A DNA stretch of 32,000 nt, from the NCBI RefSeq assembly GCF_000020025.1, contig NC_010630.1, positions 30,001-62,000 on the forward strand. Direction: 5' to 3'. Source of the DNA: Nostoc punctiforme PCC 73102. GTDB lineage: Bacteria; Cyanobacteriota; Cyanobacteriia; Cyanobacteriales; Nostocaceae. A model generated the notes under the pieces. The model saw nothing but the letters and a program-made list of their open reading frames with translations. It was not told the DNA's origin and did not search any database. The translations under genes and the position numbers were made by a program. Shown here one piece after another: positions 30,401 to 32,000 of the stretch. Position 1 is the stretch's first letter; the number at the start of each line of letters is the position of its first letter.

Positions 30401-32000
30401 GAAATAAAGCGAGTAAGAGTACATACTACCAGTGCTAATGCTGCCATTGGTGGCTTCAAGAGCGATCGCTCCTCCGTTGGTGTTATTAGAGTCAGGAGCT
30501 TGTTGTCCATTACTGCTGATGAGTTGAGTATTCACATCCCCTGATGCTGCCAAAAGACTAACTATACCCCCAATCCCATTAAACGGTTGTAATACAACAT
30601 CTCCACCTATCGTAATTCCAGGAGGTACATTGCCAGTACCGTAAGTAGGTATTGAGCCAGAATTAACACCCCCGTAAGCTAGATTCGACTGTCCCGAACG
30701 TAGAATTAACGCTGAACGAGTACTAAGGGTTTCTGTATCTGCTCCTATAGGAAAAGAAGTGATATTATCTGGTCTAGTAATATTGATGTCACCTTGGAAG
30801 CGAATATCACCTGTGGCTTCAACTAATAGCGAGGCTCCTACATAATTGGCAGCAACATCAACATTGCTATTAGCACTGATAATTGAGCCATATTTACTAA
30901 TAAAAGTGGCTAACCCTCCGGAGCCGCTACGAATCAAAACACTATCATCACTCTGAAAGTTACCATTGTCAGCAATTATTTGATCGGCAAGAAAAGTTAG
31001 ATTACCGCCACTTATAGAACCGATCTTAATGTTGCCATTGGCTGTTATGAGGCTAATATCTCCTCCATTTCTGGCTACGCTATCAGTAGCAAGAGAGTTA
31101 GAGTCCAAATTACTGGCGGCAATGTTACCGTTAAAAGCAATAATATCAATTGCACCCCCATCTCCTGCTATCTCACCACTGGAAAATGAGTATAAACTGC
31201 TTGTAGAAACGTTATTTTTAGAGGTAGATAGAGTAATCGCACCACCCTGACCTGCACTACCAAAATTAGCTTGTGAATTAGAATTCAAATTGCCACTGAT
31301 ATTGATGCCATTGGTAGATTCAAGAGTAATTGCTCCACCATTTCTGGCATTGCCAAACTCAGAGAGTGAGTCCGAACTCAAATTTTGTGCTTCAATCTTA
31401 CCGTTGGTAGTGCTAATGGTAACTATGCCTCCATTGGCTGCATTACCAACATTGTTAAGAGAAGAGGAGGATAAATCATCTTCAATATTGATGTCATCGG
31501 CAGCTTTAAGGCTAATTGCACCACCATTTCCGCCATTGCCAGAGCTAGAAAAGGAAGAAGAATTTATATTATAAATATAAATACCTTCAGAGGATTGAAG
31601 AGTAATTGCACCACCATTTCCGGCATTGCCAGAGCTAGAAAAGGAAGAAGAATTTATATTATCAGTATAAATACTAGCTTCAGAGGATTGAAGAATAATT
31701 GCACCACCATTTCCGGCATTGCCAGATTCAGAGTATGAGTAAGAGAGCAAATCATCTGTTTGAATATTGCCATTGGCAGTTAAAGCGATCGCGCCCCCCT
31801 GACCTGCACTGGCAAAACGAGAATCCGAAGAAGAGTCTAAATCGCCAGTGGTAATGTCCTTAGCAGATTCAAGGCTGATGTTGCCCCCATTTGCCGTACT
31901 GCCAGATTCAGAGTATGAGTAAGACAATAAATCATCTGTTTGAATATTGCCATTGGCAGTTAAAGCGATCGCGCCCCCCTGACCTGCACTGGCAAAACGA
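27452..32000 (-). CDS. Giant filamentous-haemagglutinin-like beta-helical repeat exoprotein; the N-terminus lies beyond the right edge
   Basis: The frame stays open to nt 32000, so the track start at 31927 is only an internal TTG. GNGGNISL/GGAITL-type repeats run throughout. The C-terminal block FVATGRSGLPINPTE...IVEASGWLVDSKGNLQLVA resembles cyanobacterial TpsA-like proteins as I recall them. Confidence 0.8.
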   Translation of the reverse strand, partial: RFASAGQGGAIALTANGNIQTDDLLSYSYSESGSTANGGNISLESAKDITTGDLDSSSDSRFASAGQGGAIALTANGNIQTDDLLSYSYSESGNAGNGGAIILQSSEASIYTDNINSSSFSSSGNAGNGGAITLQSSEGIYIYNINSSSFSSSGNGGNGGAISLKAADDINIEDDLSSSSLNNVGNAANGGIVTISTTNGKIEAQNLSSDSLSEFGNARNGGAITLESTNGINISGNLNSNSQANFGSAGQGGAITLSTSKNNVSTSSLYSFSSGEIAGDGGAIDIIAFNGNIAASNLDSNSLATDSVARNGGDISLITANGNIKIGSISGGNLTFLADQIIADNGNFQSDDSVLIRSGSGGLATFISKYGSIISANSNVDVAANYVGASLLVEATGDIRFQGDINITRPDNITSFPIGADTETLSTRSALILRSGQSNLAYGGVNSGSIPTYGTGNVPPGITIGGDVVLQPFNGIGGIVSLLAASGDVNTQLISSNGQQAPDSNNTNGGAIALEATNGSISTGSMYSYSLYFNYDEDDGTAGNGGNISLKAANDINITGRFDSSSDSNHTAGNGGAITLKAGNNINIADGLDSTSESSNYIAGNGGAITLEAGNSINITGVLDSSSPISLDSSSGNGDLNLAGNAGNIDLKANNGITIAGSLFSTSGAGYTAGNGGNISLNTTNGNISTSGLYSFSFGGDEQAGNGGNISLNTNNGNISTGDVESRSASFNGSVKNGGVITIKAVNGSISAGPLSSFSFSNSKPEGNGGNISLFATNNIQLLSRGEFDSNTNQFKLVPGSSSINSTGGLGSGNITIISDAPLILDNTVISSDTFGSGKGGDIEITAPSISFKSGAQVSASTHSNGQGGNITLVTSKFLELSGATTESPRSIFELGQDLGLAGIPPNTFLGGFIPTGNIEQEPAAGTVFPSGVFTQATIDSTGNAGNLTIKTGQLIIKDGGAIATTTFGQGSNAGDISIKADSILVDNGSILSGVAGEARGDSGKINLQTRFLDVTNGGIVQTQTLGLGKAGEITVNATKQVNISGTGSALRSSSGGENSLLRNTNSAEIGQGGNINLTTANLRVVDNAVLDATTQTDSQGGNITVNANLFQTTTGGRLLTSTSGSGDAGDITVNVREMQLSANSGLFAQTLSSANAGNLTIQPLNNEQNLLVNLEDGAQISASTLNSGKGGTLTVKAPESIAIRGNGSIISAETTGRGRGGDLTLDTRKLTVRDGAQVTVSSVGSGEAGALTVNADSILLDNQGKIRADTTGGGGNIFLNSPFLLLRRGSSITTNASGNDITGGNITIDAKNGFIIAVPSENSDIRADSENFRGGNVTIKNAAGIFGIQSRKEPSPNTSDISAKGATPDLSGNVDITPPDIDPTNGLVQLPINLVDASNQISNACTPGTRQFQNTFVATGRSGLPINPTEPLQDSSTVSAWVRLRAKPENFANTTTQVQPTAVSSSSQITAATPIVEASGWLVDSKGNLQLVAEVPQFNPHSLWQTPASCPVSR
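31511..32000. repeat. Near-identical in-frame tandem repeats (90-93 bp and 180 bp periods) in the FHA-like gene
   Basis: 31514-31572 and 31604-31662 differ at 1 nt. 31721-31820 and 31901-32000 differ at 3 nt. Confidence 0.9.

Noticed and set aside
27636-31574. Several long plus-strand ORFs (27636-28514 at 292 aa, 28881-29195, 29370-29990, 31029-31574) and minus-strand off-frame ORFs inside the exoprotein gene
   Set aside because: They lie entirely within, and antisense to or out of frame with, the 4.5-kb repeat gene. Their Pro/Leu/Ser-rich translations are what antisense reading of GGN/AAY-rich repeats produces. There is no independent start context or recognisable domain.
31925-31927. Track start codon for the exoprotein at 31927
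   Set aside because: It is an internal TTG (Leu). The frame continues without a stop to nt 32000 and repeats the motif RFASAGQGGAIALTANGNIQTDDL seen 60 codons downstream. The gene is therefore truncated by the window.
31511-32000. Regularly spaced near-identical repeats that could suggest a CRISPR array
   Set aside because: The units are contiguous in-frame coding repeats of 90 and 180 bp with no unique spacers. They translate into the same GNGG beta-helix motif as the rest of the gene.

Overview
This window reads as a plasmid-type accessory region of a filamentous (Nostocales-like) cyanobacterium. HIP1 palindromes (GCGATCGC) are scattered through it, and heptamer STRR-like tandem repeats sit in intergenic DNA.

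Content from left to right:
1. The 3' end of a Tn3-family transposase enters from the left edge (2-1183).
2. A replicon/partition module follows. It has an AT-rich dyad and direct-repeat region (1300-1930), a 729-aa Rep with primase-polymerase-like motifs (1931-4120, minus strand) and a 1.2-kb ORF-poor spacer. Then come a 55-aa ribbon-helix-helix gene missing from the ORF track (5459-5626, minus strand), a TGATACCA-repeat region and a parM/parR-like pair (6011-7355).
3. A complete 7,075-bp Tn3-family transposon lies at 7468-14542. It has 38-bp inverted repeats matching 37/38 and a perfect 5-bp target duplication (AACTA). It carries tnpA, an HTH plus double-zinc-ribbon gene, a divergent tyrosine recombinase and seven small cargo ORFs. 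The insertion splits a 53-aa gene of the partition operon.
4. The backbone operon resumes with small and membrane proteins of unknown function (14593-17796).
5. A TACGGCA heptamer array is abutted by an IS630-family element (17946-18978), which has a TA duplication, imperfect terminal repeats and an A9 run separating two transposase ORFs.
6. Two hypothetical genes follow (19094-20469).
7. A cell-envelope cluster closes the window. It contains a DUF928-like secreted protein and a Tat-signal GH18 + PI-PLC-X-like fusion. Convergent with these is an operon encoding a giant filamentous-haemagglutinin-like beta-helical repeat protein (open to the right edge), followed 10 nt later by a signal-anchored TPR-CHAT protease.

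I recognised no rRNA, tRNA or CRISPR array. The best candidates for undescribed biology are the FHA-like/CHAT/DUF928 envelope cluster, the small-ORF cargo cassette of the Tn3 element, and the uncharacterised operon coupled to the par genes.
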